From the human T2T-CHM13v2.0 reference genome, Homo sapiens, in the NCBI RefSeq assembly GCF_009914755.1, contig NC_060926.1: a stretch of DNA of 64,000 nucleotides; one strand, given 5' to 3'. Each line of letters begins with the position of its first letter. The first letter of the stretch is position 1. A program made the position numbers and the translations under genes. The notes beneath the pieces are model-generated. The model was not told the origin of the DNA. It saw nothing but the letters and a program-made list of their open reading frames with translations, and did not search any database. Positions 41,165 to 54,110 of this stretch are shown piece after piece.

Positions 41165-41710
41165 GCACATCTCACAGTGTTTATAAAAATTAACTCAAAA
41201 TGAATTGTACACCTACATTTAAAATGCCAAACTGTAAATGTCCTAGAAGATAATGTAGGAAAATAATCTAGGTGATCTTGTATACCTCAATGATTTTTTA
41301 GATGCAACGCCAAAGACATGATATGTGAAAGAAATTATCGATAAGCTGGACTTCATTAAAATTAAAAAAAAATCTGCACTACAAAAGTTACTGTCAAGGA
41401 AAAAGTAAGACAAGCCACAGACTAGAAGAAAATATTTGCAAAACACATTTGTTAAAACCCAGAGACTTTTCCAACACTGAGAGTAAATCCAGATGTAAGC
41501 TATACATTTTGGGTAATAATAAATGCTGTGTCAAGTTTAGTTCACAATGTTAGTGTCACAAGTTAGTGTAAATGTTAGTTGATTATAACTAATATACCAT
41601 TCTGATTGGGGCAGGGAACATAGGGAAATTTTCTGTACTTTCTGTTCAATTTTTCTGTAAACCTAAAACTGCCTTAAAAATAAAGTCTACTTGAACAATA
41701 ACAAAAATAA
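41165..41710 (+). mobile_element. L1MC(1/2) with a large internal deletion (ORF2 piece fused to the distal 3' UTR)
   Basis: AAAATTAACTCAAAATG...GATAAGCTGGACTTCATTAAAATT, then TTCTGTAAACCTAAAACTGCCTTAAAAATAAAGTCTA. Confidence 0.85.
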
Positions 41711-42543
41711 ATCCCTAGTTTTAATTATATTTCCATCCTTATCCACATAAAAACATAAAATGAATCGAGGAACTATGGAGGAGATATCTTCTGTTTTGCA
41801 GAGTGATTGTCCCTCCATTCCCACTCCTACACCACCTCATAGCTCCCTAACTCAGGAGTTGAGCATCATGCGTTTGTTATTTCTGTTAATTAAACTCATA
41901 AATATGTAGAATAATATCAAGTAGCTCACATTGGATCCAGGAATTCATTGGGCCATAGTGTATGGGAAGCTGATAAACAGTTTTACTATAGTTTCACTGT
42001 TGGAGGAGCTACGGGGCCTATATATATATATAGGCTGTGAAGACTAATGTGCAAAATTGAGCCAGAGATAGAATAAGTCTTCAGAATTCCAGATTTTTTC
42101 AATATGTGAAAAAAAATCCAGTTTTGCAAAATCAAGTCATTCTTCCTGAAATTTCGTTGAATAGCATATGGAGCTCTCTACATTCCAGTGATAACATCTT
42201 TCAAGCTATTAATTTGAAGAGATATACGTTAATCCAAATGGAGACATATATTTGGATTAATGTGAGCCTCTTTAGAAATCTCTACTATGACTTTCCTTAA
42301 TGTGACCCTTTTAAATTAACAATTTACCAAAATATTTTTATGTACACAATTCCATCCACCTTCAATCTGGTGACGTAGAAATGACCACCGATGTTTTCTT
42401 ATCACATACACTTAGTCAGCAAAGGGTATTGAAATGACTCCCAACCCTTTCCCTTTTTGTTTTCCTTTGTTAACCAGTTTTCCTTTCCTGGTCACTACCT
42501 GTATCCCTGATACTAAATTTGCCTGTGAAATAATGAATCTCGA

Positions 42544-42559
42544 TCTCTCTCTCTCTCTG

Positions 42560-42606
<47 letters not shown>
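42544..42606. repeat. (CT)n(GT)n microsatellite
   Basis: Visible repeat. Confidence 0.95.
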
Positions 42607-42608
<2 letters not shown>

Positions 42609-42689
42609 CATTTCCATGTTAAAAGCAGACAAAGATAAAACTGGTAGCCTATTTCCCCACAAGAAAAAATTCCAAATTCTTCAGCATGT

Positions 42690-43127
42690 TTTTCAGAGCC
42701 TTCAAAATTTAGTCTCAACTTCTTTTCCTTTTACATTTCCCAGTATTATCTTCATTCCTTAACCAATAAACTTTATTTTCAAGTCCACAAAATTTATCAG
42801 ACTTAAAATACTATGCATTTCATTGCTTCCAAGTTTTATGTATACTCCCCCTTCTTGCTAAAATTTCCTTCCTCTTCCTCCTGATAAATGTATATTCATC
42901 ACCTAAGACGTGGCTAATGTCATTTGATCTGTAAAGTCTTACCAACTTTGACATCACTGAAGAGAATTGGTAGCTCCAATTCTCCTAGGTCTTTATACAT
43001 ACCTATCAAATTTAAGTCAGTCTACTCCACTAGACTGGAATTTCCTAGAGGAATTATTCATTTATGCAAAGCGCATAGTATACAGCTGATAAATACTTTC
43101 TGGAAGAATGAAAGGATAAATGAATGG
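42690..43127 (+). mobile_element. L2 3' fragment
   Basis: CTACTCCACTAGACTGGAATTTCCTAGAGG...GAATGAAAGGATAAATGAATG. Confidence 0.6.
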
Positions 43128-43230
43128 ATCTCCATCTTTCAAACTGAGGCTTAGAGAGGATAAGTGATTAGCTAACACAGCTAGAAAATGAGTTAGCTAG
43201 GAAGATGACACAGCTGTTTCAGAATTCCAC
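43128..43230 (-). mobile_element. MIR fragment
   Basis: AAACTGAGGCTTAGAGAGGATAAGTGATT. Confidence 0.65.
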
Positions 43231-43239
43231 TATTCTTTC

Positions 43240-43390
43240 TATACAATCACTTGGGAAGCGTTTTCAAAATATAGATGCCATGCCTCAGGCCAGATCCAAC
43301 AAATCAGAGTCTCTGAGTCCTGTGACAAGGGATACACATTTCTAAGCCTGCACACGTGGTTAGTCTTAGCAGTGAGAGCTGAGAACTCTT
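43240..43390. mobile_element. MER5-type MITE
   Basis: AATCACTTGGGAAGCGTTTTCAAAATATAGATGCC...AATCAGAGTCTCTG...TGAGAACTCT. Confidence 0.6.
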
Positions 43391-46300
43391 AATTGTGCCA
43401 CATCACACTTACATCTGAGTGTGGAAACATAGTTGCTGGCACCTAAGGCACTCAAAGTCCTGTGCCTATATTTCTAGAATTCCAGACCCTAGTTGAGGAA
43501 GAGCAGGGAGAGGAGAGTGGAACTGGAGTGGGGAGAACAACAGCAAATGCGACAAAAGAGAAGGCAGACTCAAACCAAGCTTGCCAAGAGGAGACAGCTT
43601 GTGGCCAATCACCCTTTGCAGGAAAGCTAGACTACTGCATTGTGGTGTGACAAAAGCAATAAGCAAGGCTACTGGCTTATTGTAGAGTTGCTGATATAGG
43701 ATGCAGAAACTTCAAGATAAATAAAAACTTGCCTAGAAATTACACATAAGATTAGCTGCCATTTAATTATGTTGAGGTAACTTTTGATACTTCTCCACCC
43801 ATCACCTTTTTCAAAGGGCATATAATCTCACTGGGCCAGGGATATAAAATCATCCAAAACTCTACTACATCTTCATTTTTTAACTTTTACCACTCACCCC
43901 TTAAAAATAATTTTCTGTGCCTTCAGGATAGTGGGAGAATCATATTTAGACAGAAAGTCAGGATATCAATCTGTTTATTTGTTTGATCTGAGGGTTTATT
44001 TTATTTTTATTTTTTTGGCTGTGTTTTTGTTTTGCCCCCAAAGACTTAATAACAGGGCATTCAATAATTTCTTTGAGAATCAACCCAAATCCCACATCAT
44101 TGTCTGATCCTTGTTGTGTTGTTATTGATTACATATGAATTTCCTAGTATACCAAGCGAAAAACAAGTTTACCTACTGTTTCCTTGCCCTTAGCTGCTAG
44201 GTGCTTCATTCTGTGTGGTGCTACAGGCAAATCATTTATGTGGAGGGGCGGTGCTTTGTCCCTTATTGGCCTGCAATAATGATGATCTCTGTGATTCTCC
44301 CGTTTTTCCCAGGTCCTCCAGTTTTCTTCACCCTACAGGCAATTTCTGGTAGTGAGCTAAGACCCCAAAATAGATTTAATAGCAGTGCTGCATGATCTTT
44401 TCATTATCTCAGGGTTGTCTTTTCAGAGGCTCTGTTTCATTTCTATGTTGTTGAGAAGTTAGAAAGCTCCTAAGTCTAATGAGGATTAAAATCCTCAGGA
44501 GTAACTCTCCTCTTCCCATCAGCTATTTTTATGTTCTTGCAGAGTTCACTTCCCCTTTAATCTTGGGGCCTCATTAGTTACTTTTATACTGGGACAAAGG
44601 GTTGAATTTTATGGAATGGGAGCTCGCACTCCGAAAACAATGACATTTCATCTGTCGTTGTGACTGCATATGGTGGTTGCTGTTACTGACATTTGTCCAG
44701 AGATTTGCTACCAAGATAAACTTATTTTTCTTAGGTGCATCAAGCTGATCTTTTTTGTTCCATAAATATTCATGCAAAAGACTCAAGAGTCAGGGAGAGC
44801 CTCAGATAACCATATTAAAGTTTGTAGGAATAATTAATGGGAGTTTAAAGACCTGAGTAGAGCTCAGGGTTTTGTACATGGTAGGTAGGCAATAAATATT
44901 TGTTTGCATATACTGCATGTGATACATATAAAAGAAAGAGACAGAGACAGAGAGATAGGGAAGGAGAAAGTATGAGGGTCTAGGTTAGGGCAACTCTCAA
45001 TGTCTATTTCATTTATCCACTGAAGAAACAGTGCATTAGAATTTCAGCAATGTATACAGAGCCTAATGTGAGACCTTTGGGAAGGATGCTTTAAAGGCAG
45101 TAAAAGATTATCTCTGACATTGAAAATGCCTGGTCTCTTGTCCTTGCCTTTCAGACTCTCTGTGTTCAAAGGCGTTGCCTCTAGAAGGACTGGCTGCAGT
45201 GATATGCTTATAGCTCCATTTGCAGACTTTCTTATAGGTTCATAAATGGAGACTAGAAGGAGGAGGGAAAGAAATAAAATTTAATAACTGAATAAAAATG
45301 TAAATAAAGATTTGCCTAAAATTACTTGTCCAAGAAATAATTCTCCCTCCCCCTTAAGCTAATACTTTGATAAGCTCAGTACAGTGATCCTGATTTGGAG
45401 CGTGACCTTTGAAAATGCTCTCCAGCTTGATTAAAGATGTATTAAATTTGTTTAAATAAACCTCGTTGTAATGGCACATCATTTGTAAGAAGCTATTAGG
45501 GGGCTGGAAACTGTGCTGCTGTATTTGCATGAAAATGTGCCCTGCTCGAATTGAGGATCTCTCCTGAATTAACTGCAAAGGGAAAGTGACACTTTCATAA
45601 TTTTTTCTGACAAAAAAAAAAAAAGAAAAACTTTATGCAAAGCTCTAAGAGAGAGGGGAGAGCTGCATGTCAATAACAGAGCCATAGATCAAGTCAGTGC
45701 TCTTAGTCCAACCAGCATTCTTGATGTTCTCAATGTATTTGGATAAGTGCAATCAATAATATTTATCTGTCAATTACTTTGCTCCTAGAATGGCTTCATC
45801 TTTGAGTTTCTGTGTGAGCACATGAATTGTTTGAGAGTAACCAGATCCACTAGGATGTTCAAAGGAAAGTTGCATTATCATATGTCTTGAAATTTTACGA
45901 CTGGAGTTCTCTCCCTGGCTTCAATTTTCTTGTGGTCTCTGCTGCCTGGGTTTGTGGAGAAGCTTAAGCACCCAAATGCCTCCACCCATCACTCCTAAAC
46001 AAAGTATATAGCTGCCAGATGTACTTAATTCCTGCCAATGGCTCCCAAATGAGCTGCCACTCTAATGAAAAAAGGGCTTTTCCTTTAAATCAAATATGAT
46101 ATTGAAACCAATTGCATCTTTCTAGAGGAGTGAGGAATCTGGGCCACCTGCCGTCTGTAGGAACTCCATTCTCTCTCTAGTTACCATTTCACCATCTTGT
46201 CAGGCACAAAGAAGTCTATTTTTACTTTAGCTTCTTCCTGATCTGTTCTTCTATTTAACTAATAAAAATTTCCAATTTTATGTTTCCTAAAAATCACCAT

Positions 46301-46419
46301 GGTCTCTCCAGTATACGGAGTCTTTTAGTTGAGGTGCGAGTAAAGACCAATTCTCTATTATGCATATGAAGGTGATTAGGAAATGCAATACGGTTTCCTG
46401 TGGTACTCAGGCAGCTGCT

Positions 46420-46590
46420 GTCTTCCAGACATTGTGCTATGAGTTTCATTTTTTTATTCTTAAAATAGCCTCAAGATTAGATAATATTCCCACAATTATA
46501 AGTTGACAAACCGAGGCTCAGTGGTCTGAAATCTCATAATTAGCAAGCTATTGAAGCTGTGTTTTCAGCTTAACTGTGTCTGAAACTAAT
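46420..46590 (-). mobile_element. MIR fragment
   Basis: CCAGACATTGTGCTA...AAACCGAGGCTCAG. Confidence 0.6.
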
Positions 46591-48176
46591 ACTCATGCCA
46601 TATTATAGTAACTTTGACTCAAATTTACCATCTAGAGATAAACTGAAGGACCCAGCTATGAGACATGACTGATAATACTGAACAACAGTCCTAGATTCAG
46701 AGATGAGCATGTCCCCAACAAGATAGACTATTTACCTAGGAAAACAATTCTATCCTAAATAATAATGTTTAGGGAGAAAGAATTGTTTGTTGTGAATCAT
46801 TTGGAATACTTTCTTTTTCTTTTTAAATTTTCTTTACAGGCTGTGACACTTTCTGTTAAGTATTAATAGTTTTAGATAGCACATTTCCAACACTGAAAAT
46901 AATTTTTATTTTATTTTTTCTAAAAGAGCCTGAAGTAAATTGAGGTTAAATATGGTTATCAAATATAATTATATACCTTTTTTTGGCCTGACTTGTGACT
47001 TACAAGTAATGTCTTTCTGCTGTCCAAATTTTCATGAAGGGAGTTTTAAAAAGTTTAGAGCAATGGAAGCATGTTTAGAGCCAGTACATCATTTTCTTAG
47101 GTAATTACTTTGAAGGTAGTAATACACTTTGATATAGAGAGTATTTTCATAACAAAATGAAAGAAAGAAAATAAGTCAGGGAGAATTTGCCAGAAGACTA
47201 GAAAATGCATGGATGAACATTCTGTTTCTGAGAGAATATGAAAGCATATTTGAAAAAAAAAATCTCTTGTCCTGGTATTGATTTCTTAAGTTATTATTTT
47301 CCTACCAAAGTCCATATGAAATATTAAAAAGAACATTTTTGGATTAGAAATTATTTAGCACAATGTATAAGTCCAAGCCTCTCATTCAACAAAACAACAA
47401 CAAAACAAACAAAAAACAGACTCTAAGTTATGAAAACAGAATTGATAATTGCAACATGATTAGTGAATGACATAGTTACAAGTAGTTTCCTGATCTATAG
47501 GTTCTCCACGTTTTCTTTCTACTACATTCCTCAGTCTTATTAAAAGTTCTAAGATTTGGTATCTTAAAATTTAAGGTCTCCAGAAAAAGTGTCACGTCAA
47601 CCTTATAAAATTATTTTCTTTTGTTTTTCCTCATAATCTTCTTCAATTTTTTCCCTCCATATTTGATCTAGAAAAAGGACTAGATACTTTCATATTTGAT
47701 GTAGAAAAAGAGATATTTCACTAAATAATGAAAGCACAAGAAAATCAGGAAGTAGTAAGGGTATCATTTCTGGATAGGCTATTTGTTAAATTTCTATTAC
47801 GTTATCTTGGCTCCAAATGAGCCTCTTGTTCCTATTCCAAATCTTCATCAGCTACAGCTCTGATGTTGTACCTTCACATTATTTTAAGGTATTTTCCAGA
47901 AGCAGAATTTAATGTTAAAAGAGCAAACCAAAGCACTTCTTTCTTATTATCTGATTAGATGGGGAACAAGTACTGTATGTGCTACTCCAAGGTGGGTGGA
48001 GGCCCACACAGGAGTACCTGCTCTTTGCCAGACATCTGGGTACATGTTTGTTTGCTTGTTTAACTATAAAAAAGGAAAAATGGTCTCCCTCTGAAATTGT
48101 TGCATAGGGACCCAGAACTTAAACTAATGCTCCTGTCTTCTACTCCTTTTTTCCTCCTCATTTCCTTTTAGTTTTT

Positions 48177-48480
48177 AATTTACCATTCCCAGCTGAGATA
48201 CTTGAGCAGATAGAATCAAGCCAGCTCCAGGCTAATTGGTTCATCATGCACTTTATGATAATTTTCATTCTGGATTTTGATTAGGTCAGTATGTTGACTG
48301 CTTTGGTCAAACCTTCTAATGATCTGCCTATTAACTCTGAAATAGGGTCTTTGACTGTACTCATCTTATTAGATATCTCAGCTGCCTTTAACTCTGCTAA
48401 CCATGAAATATTACTGGACTGTATAATGTCCTATGCTGGAGAATAATATTTTCCATATTAGTTTTAGTTCTATTTGACTC
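48177..48480 (+). pseudogene. Fossil non-LTR reverse transcriptase fragment (L2/CR1 clade)
   Basis: Manual translation with frameshifts: NLPFPAEILEQIESSQLQA / LYDNFHSGF*LG / TALVKPSNDLPINSEIGSLTVLILLDISAAFNSANHEILLDCI; matches the L2-clade RT motifs NLPFLSKILE, FQSGFR and LILLDLSAAFDTVDH. Confidence 0.85.
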
Positions 48481-48579
48481 TATTGTTACCTTCATTGGAA
48501 GTTCAAATGTTGTTGATGGGGAGATGACATACTATTTCCCCTTTAACTATCATTTGTAGGATCAGCTCTTTACATCTTG

Positions 48580-48810
48580 CTAATGTAGTGAAGTGTGTCA
48601 CTATCCCTGGAGTCGGCCATGTATGGTACCATCTGTAGCTCCACCACTTAATAAATTAACTAACTGGTGGCTAAATCACTTACTCCCTTTTTGCCTCTGT
48701 TTCTTCAGTGTAATCCTGTAAAGCAGTTGATATGATACATCTGTAGAGCATAGCACAAGGCTTTGCATATAAAACAAGTTTATTTAATGCTGTTCCTACT
48801 ATTATTATTG
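48580..48810 (+). mobile_element. MIR
   Basis: CTGGAGTCGG...GCTCCACCACTTA...TGCCTCTGTTTCTTCA. Confidence 0.6.
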
Positions 48811-49599
48811 TTTCAGGGTTATCAAGGCAGATTTCAAACATGGTAATTCATTAAAATGTAGATTTAAACAGAATACAACATGGAGAATATAACAATTATT
48901 AGGAGTTTATATTAATTTTAGGAATATTAATATAACAATTATCAGGAATCAAACTAGAACAACTTTGCTTCAGTTTTCTTGATTTTTAGGCAGTCACATT
49001 TAGGGAAGTGAAAGTATTTGAAAAGTTGATTTTATACTTATTCTCACTTTGTATGTCTGACATCCTATTAAGTTTGGTTAATTCTATCAAGACCTTGATT
49101 GATATTGATTTCTATGAAACATTACAGAGGAGTGACACTTTCTTTACTCACATTTTGTTGATTCAGATTGTTTTACAATCTGTTAGCATTTTTAAGTTCA
49201 TTTTTGATTACAAGTTTTGTAATCCATGTCCATCCATCTCTTTCATTCCAAGTTTTTACTTTCCTCCTCCTGAATATTCAATTCAATTAGAAATTTTGTT
49301 TTTAAGTCCTGATGTAATTCAATTTGTGATTTCTGATAGTATTATCCCTTTACTTTCTATGATTTAATAATTAGATATAGTGGCTTTTATTCTCAAAAGG
49401 TTAAGAACTGCTAACACAAATTGCTTTTATAAAACCAAAGTGAAAATTTGAGATACAATTTTCCAAAAATAGATGTTTCCAGGAGAAAAAATAGTAATTG
49501 TTTTTCACATATATGTACATATATGTGTGTAAAATTTTGATCTCAACTCAACTTTCTACCATACCACATTATGTTTTAGTTTGTACTATACAACATATA

Positions 49600-51889
49600 C
49601 AGCTGTAACTGGAAGATATTGCAGGTTTGGTTTCAGACCAATGAAATAAAAACATCACAGTAAAGCAAGTCACATACGTTTTTGGTTTCCTCAAGCATAT
49701 AATAATTATGTTTATGCTATACTATTGTCTATTTAGTGTTCAATAGCTCTTTGTCTAAAATAATAATGCATATAGCTTAATTTTAAAAATAATTTATTGC
49801 TAAAGTATGCTAACAATCATCAGAGCCTTCAGCAACTCATAATCTTATTGCAATTGGAGGGTCTTGCTTTGATGTTGATAGCTGCTGACTGATTGGAGTG
49901 GTGGTTGCTGAAGGCTGGGGTAGCTGTGGAAATTTCTTAAAATAAGATAGCAATGAAGTTTACCACATCAATCTTTCTTTCAGGAAATATTTTTCTGTAT
50001 ATGTGTTGCTGCTTAATAGCATTTTACCCACAGTAGAACTTTCAAAATTGAAGTCAGTCCTCTTAAACCCTGCCCCTGCTTTATCAACCCAGCTTATCTT
50101 CTATTGTAAATCCTTTGTTGTCATTTCAACAGTGTTCACAGCATCTTCACCAGGAGTGGATTCTACCTCAAGAAACTACTTCCTTTGATCATTCCAAAGA
50201 AGCAAAATTTTATCATGAGATTGCAACAATTCAGTCGCATCTTCAGGCTCCACTTCTCATTCTAGTTCTCTTACTCTTTTCACCACATCTACAGTTACTT
50301 GCTTCACTAGAGTCCTGACCCCCTCAAAGTCACCAATGAGGGTTGGAATCAACTTCTTCCAAACTCCTGTTAATGTTGTTTTTTGGACCCTCTCCCATGA
50401 ATCACTAGTGTTCTTAATGGTATCTAGAATGGTGAATCCTTCCCAGAGGGTTTTCAACTTCCTGTGCCCAGATCCATCAGGGAAATCATTATCCATGGCA
50501 GCTATAGCCTTACAAAATGTATGTCTTACATAATAGGACAGGAATATTTGAATTATTCCTTGATGCATGGGCTGCAGAATGGATGTTGTGTTAGCAGGCA
50601 TAAAAAACAACATTAATCTCCTTGTACATTTCCATCGGAGCTCTTGGTTGACTAGGCGCATTGTCAAGATTTCAAAGATTTCAAACATTTTGAAAGGGAT
50701 CTTTATTTCTGAGCAGCAGATCTCTCCAGGGGGCTTAAAATATTCAGTAAATCATGCTGTAAGCAGATTCTTTAGGACCCTAGGATTTTTGGAATGGTAA
50801 ATTAGCGTTAGTTCCGACTTAGTCATCAGCTGCATTAGCCCCTAATAACAAGAGGCCTGGGCTGTCTTTTGATGCTTTGAAGCTATGCATTGACTCCCCT
50901 TTCTAGCTATGACAGTCTCAGATGATGTCTTCTTTCAATACAAAGCTGTCTCACCTATGTTGAAAATCCGTTGTTTATTGTAGCCACCTTCATCAGTGAT
51001 CTTAGTTAGATCTTCTGGATAACTTGCTGCAGCTTCTACTTCAGTGCTTGTTGCTTCACCTTGCGCTTTTATGTTATGAAGACGCCTTCTTTCCTTAAAC
51101 ATCATTAACCAACCTGCTCTACTACCTTCAACCTTTACTTCTTCAGCTTCTTCACCTCTCTCAAGCTTCGTAGAATTGAAAAAAGTTAGGCCCTTGCTCT
51201 GGATTAGGCTCTGGTTTAAGGGAATGTTGTAGCTGGTTTAATCTTCTTTCTGTTTGGCTTTCTGATCATTTGTGTGTTCACTGGAGTAGCACGTTTACTT
51301 TTTTTCAAAAACTTTTCTTTTGCATTGGCCACTTGGCTAGCTATTTGACCCCAAAGGCCTGGCTTTTGGACTATCTTGGCTTTTGGCATGACTTCCTTAC
51401 TAAGCTTAATCATTTCTAGCTTTTTATTTCAAATGAGAGATGTGCAACTCTTCCTTTCACTTAAACAATTAAAAATACATTGCATTGTTATTAACTGACC
51501 CAATTTCATTATTGTAGTCTCCCGGAATTGGGAGGCTCCCGAAGAGGGAGACAGACTGGGGAAAACCCAGTCAGTGGAGCAGTCAGAACACATACAGCAT
51601 TGATCAATTAAGTTTGCCATCTTAAATGGGCACGGTTTGTGGCACCTCAAAACAATTACAACAGTAACATAAAAGATAAATGATTACAGATAATAACAAA
51701 TATGATAAAAATTTAAAAGATTGAAATATTATAAGAATTACCAAAATATGACACAGAGACCTGAAGTACATGCTATTAGAAACATTGTAGGAGTAGAATT
51801 GCTTAATGCAGATTTGCTACAATCCTTCAATTTATAAAAAATGCAATATCTGTGAAGCATAATAAAGTGGAAAAAAGAATGCATGCCTA
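49600..51889 (-). mobile_element. Near-full-length Tigger1 (pogo-like) with disrupted transposase
   Basis: Degenerate TIRs with TA flanks; ORF remnants MIKLSKEVMPKAKI...SQVANAKEKFLK (51216-51413, CENP-B-type HTH) and FMPANTTSILQPMHQGII (50257-50688, DDE domain). Confidence 0.95.
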
Positions 51890-53185
51890 TATATAAAGGT
51901 ATATAAAGGTATAGATACATATAGATATGCTATCTACAGCTGTATATATGTGTGTGTATATAAATATATTGTTAACATAAATATTAATAGTTCTGGTGTT
52001 TCTGCATGGATTCTTTACCTAAAAAAAAAGAATAAAGATTTTTCAGCTGCATACTAATGTTGCAAGTAAAGATTTAATGCATTTAGTGTGTATTTATTGT
52101 TTTCAATTAAAAACAAATTGATTCTTCAATCATTTATTAACTATGATTTATTGAGATTTATTAACTATATAATGAGCATTCTATAGTTGTTTAGGTCACT
52201 TTTCTATAAAAACTAAGTAGATAACCATATAAAACCTGCTCTCAATCTACAACAAAATCTAAGCCATAAATTGTCAAACTGGATATTCTTTTCTTCTCAA
52301 AGTCATTTACTTTTTACATAAAGATAATTTACCACTGACTGATTTTTGTTAATTTAGAAGAATTATAGGCCACAAGTTAGATATCTTTTTTCCCCAATGT
52401 AGAAAACTGTTATTTTCTGAATTGTGGCAAGTTGTATTTTAGTCTCTTTTTAAGATAAAATTTCTAAAAAATATATTTATAATATTTTATTGTGGAAGCA
52501 CTCAGTTACAAAAGACAGTTTTAATTTTTTGATATTCAGAAACCATACGCATATGGGACTTAGGTAAGTTAAATCTGCTGCAGTCTGAGGGCAGGTAGAA
52601 GTTCTGCCTGCTCAACATTGCCAGTTCTGCAGTTTGAGGAAGATACTGCAGCACTGTGGGAGTGGGAGGCTTCCTCACTTTCGGGCAAGTTCTTATGGGT
52701 AGGGTCAGCACATGTAAGGGTACTGTGCTTTTTTTGATAGACTTAAAAACTTTGGTTACATCTTAAAGTAATCTACCTCATTAGGCTATCTAACTAAAAC
52801 TTACCCAACTGATATATAAATAAGTTCAAATTTATTTGTTGACACCATTGGCTCTTCCCCTTCTTGGGCTACAACAATCATGCTTACTCCTAGAAAGGCC
52901 CCTTGGTATCAGAATAATTATGAAACCAACACCGTTCTCATATTTGCATTGTATATCTCTAGTGGAGACCTTTCCACTAAACTCCAAAATAAGCCCATCT
53001 TCCATCTCCCCTTGGAAATCTTAGGAACACCTCATACTCCAGATCTTTAAAACTGATCTCATCACCTTTTCCTTTAGACTTGCTACTCTTCTTGTATTTC
53101 CTATTTCAAACTGCATTGTTACTGAAAACAGAAATCTGAAGATCTTGCGGGTTCTCCCCCACAACTTTAGAATTATTCTGCATAT

Positions 53186-53489
<304 letters not shown>

Positions 53490-53829
53490 AGAATTATTCT
53501 GCATCAATTCGAGTACATTGAAAGTACTGAATATCTCTTGAATTCCTTTCCTCACCTTCCGCTAGCCAGCTTAGTTCATTCTCTCCTGGTCACTCAGTGA
53601 TCTGTAACTAATGCTGATTAGTGGGCAATAGTTGTTTGACTCTCTTGCAGCCCTTTCTCCCCTTCCTCCTACAGCAGGCCTTTGTTTTCTTGTGTTTGTT
53701 TGTTTGTTTGTTTGTTTGTTTTTGTTTTGGCTTTGGGATTTTGTTTATTTGTTTTTGAGGATTTACCACGTTCTACCCTTATTGCAGGTTTCCTGTCTAG
53801 TGCCTTTCTCCTGGGGTGAAAAAATAACC

Positions 53830-54110
53830 TAAGCAAGTCCATTAAGAGGAATAGCTGGATTCTTGCAGGAAAACCAGAAAAGAGGCTCCCTCTTCTTGCT
53901 GAATTTAAGTCTGGAAAATGTATGACTGAAAGCGGCAGCCATTGGCCACCATAAGCCTGAGAACAAAGCCAGCATAGACAAGGAAGAACTGAGAGAAGAA
54001 ATTGCTTCTTGATGACATTGCATTTTCATTTTCATTTTCATTACAATATTATTAAAAGAGACAATGCATTTACTTTTTTAAAATTAGGTAATTTTTGAAT
54101 TATTATTTCC
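53830..54110 (+). mobile_element. Old MLT1(K/L) LTR fragment
   Basis: GGCAGCCATTGGCCACCA...GCCTGAGAACAAAGCCAGCATAGA...TGATGACATTG. Confidence 0.55.

Noticed and set aside
47658-47710. Short imperfect duplication CATATTTGAT(C/G)TAGAAAAAG and similar pairs (38436-38491, 48885-48942) as CRISPR-like repeats
   Set aside because: Only two copies each in eukaryotic DNA; ordinary local duplications
49008-49367. 119-aa hydrophobic ORF (also 24736, 28608, 29573)
   Set aside because: T-rich sequence gives chance F/L/I-rich frames; no domain or exon support
50257-50688. 143-aa transposase-like ORF as a domesticated TIGD gene
   Set aside because: Fragment of a Tigger1 copy disrupted by frameshifts and stops, still within its TIRs
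49598-51944. TACAGCTGTA near both ends of Tigger1 as a long TSD
   Set aside because: Tigger duplicates only TA, the left copy overlaps the TIR and the right copy lies about 45 bp outside; probably coincidence
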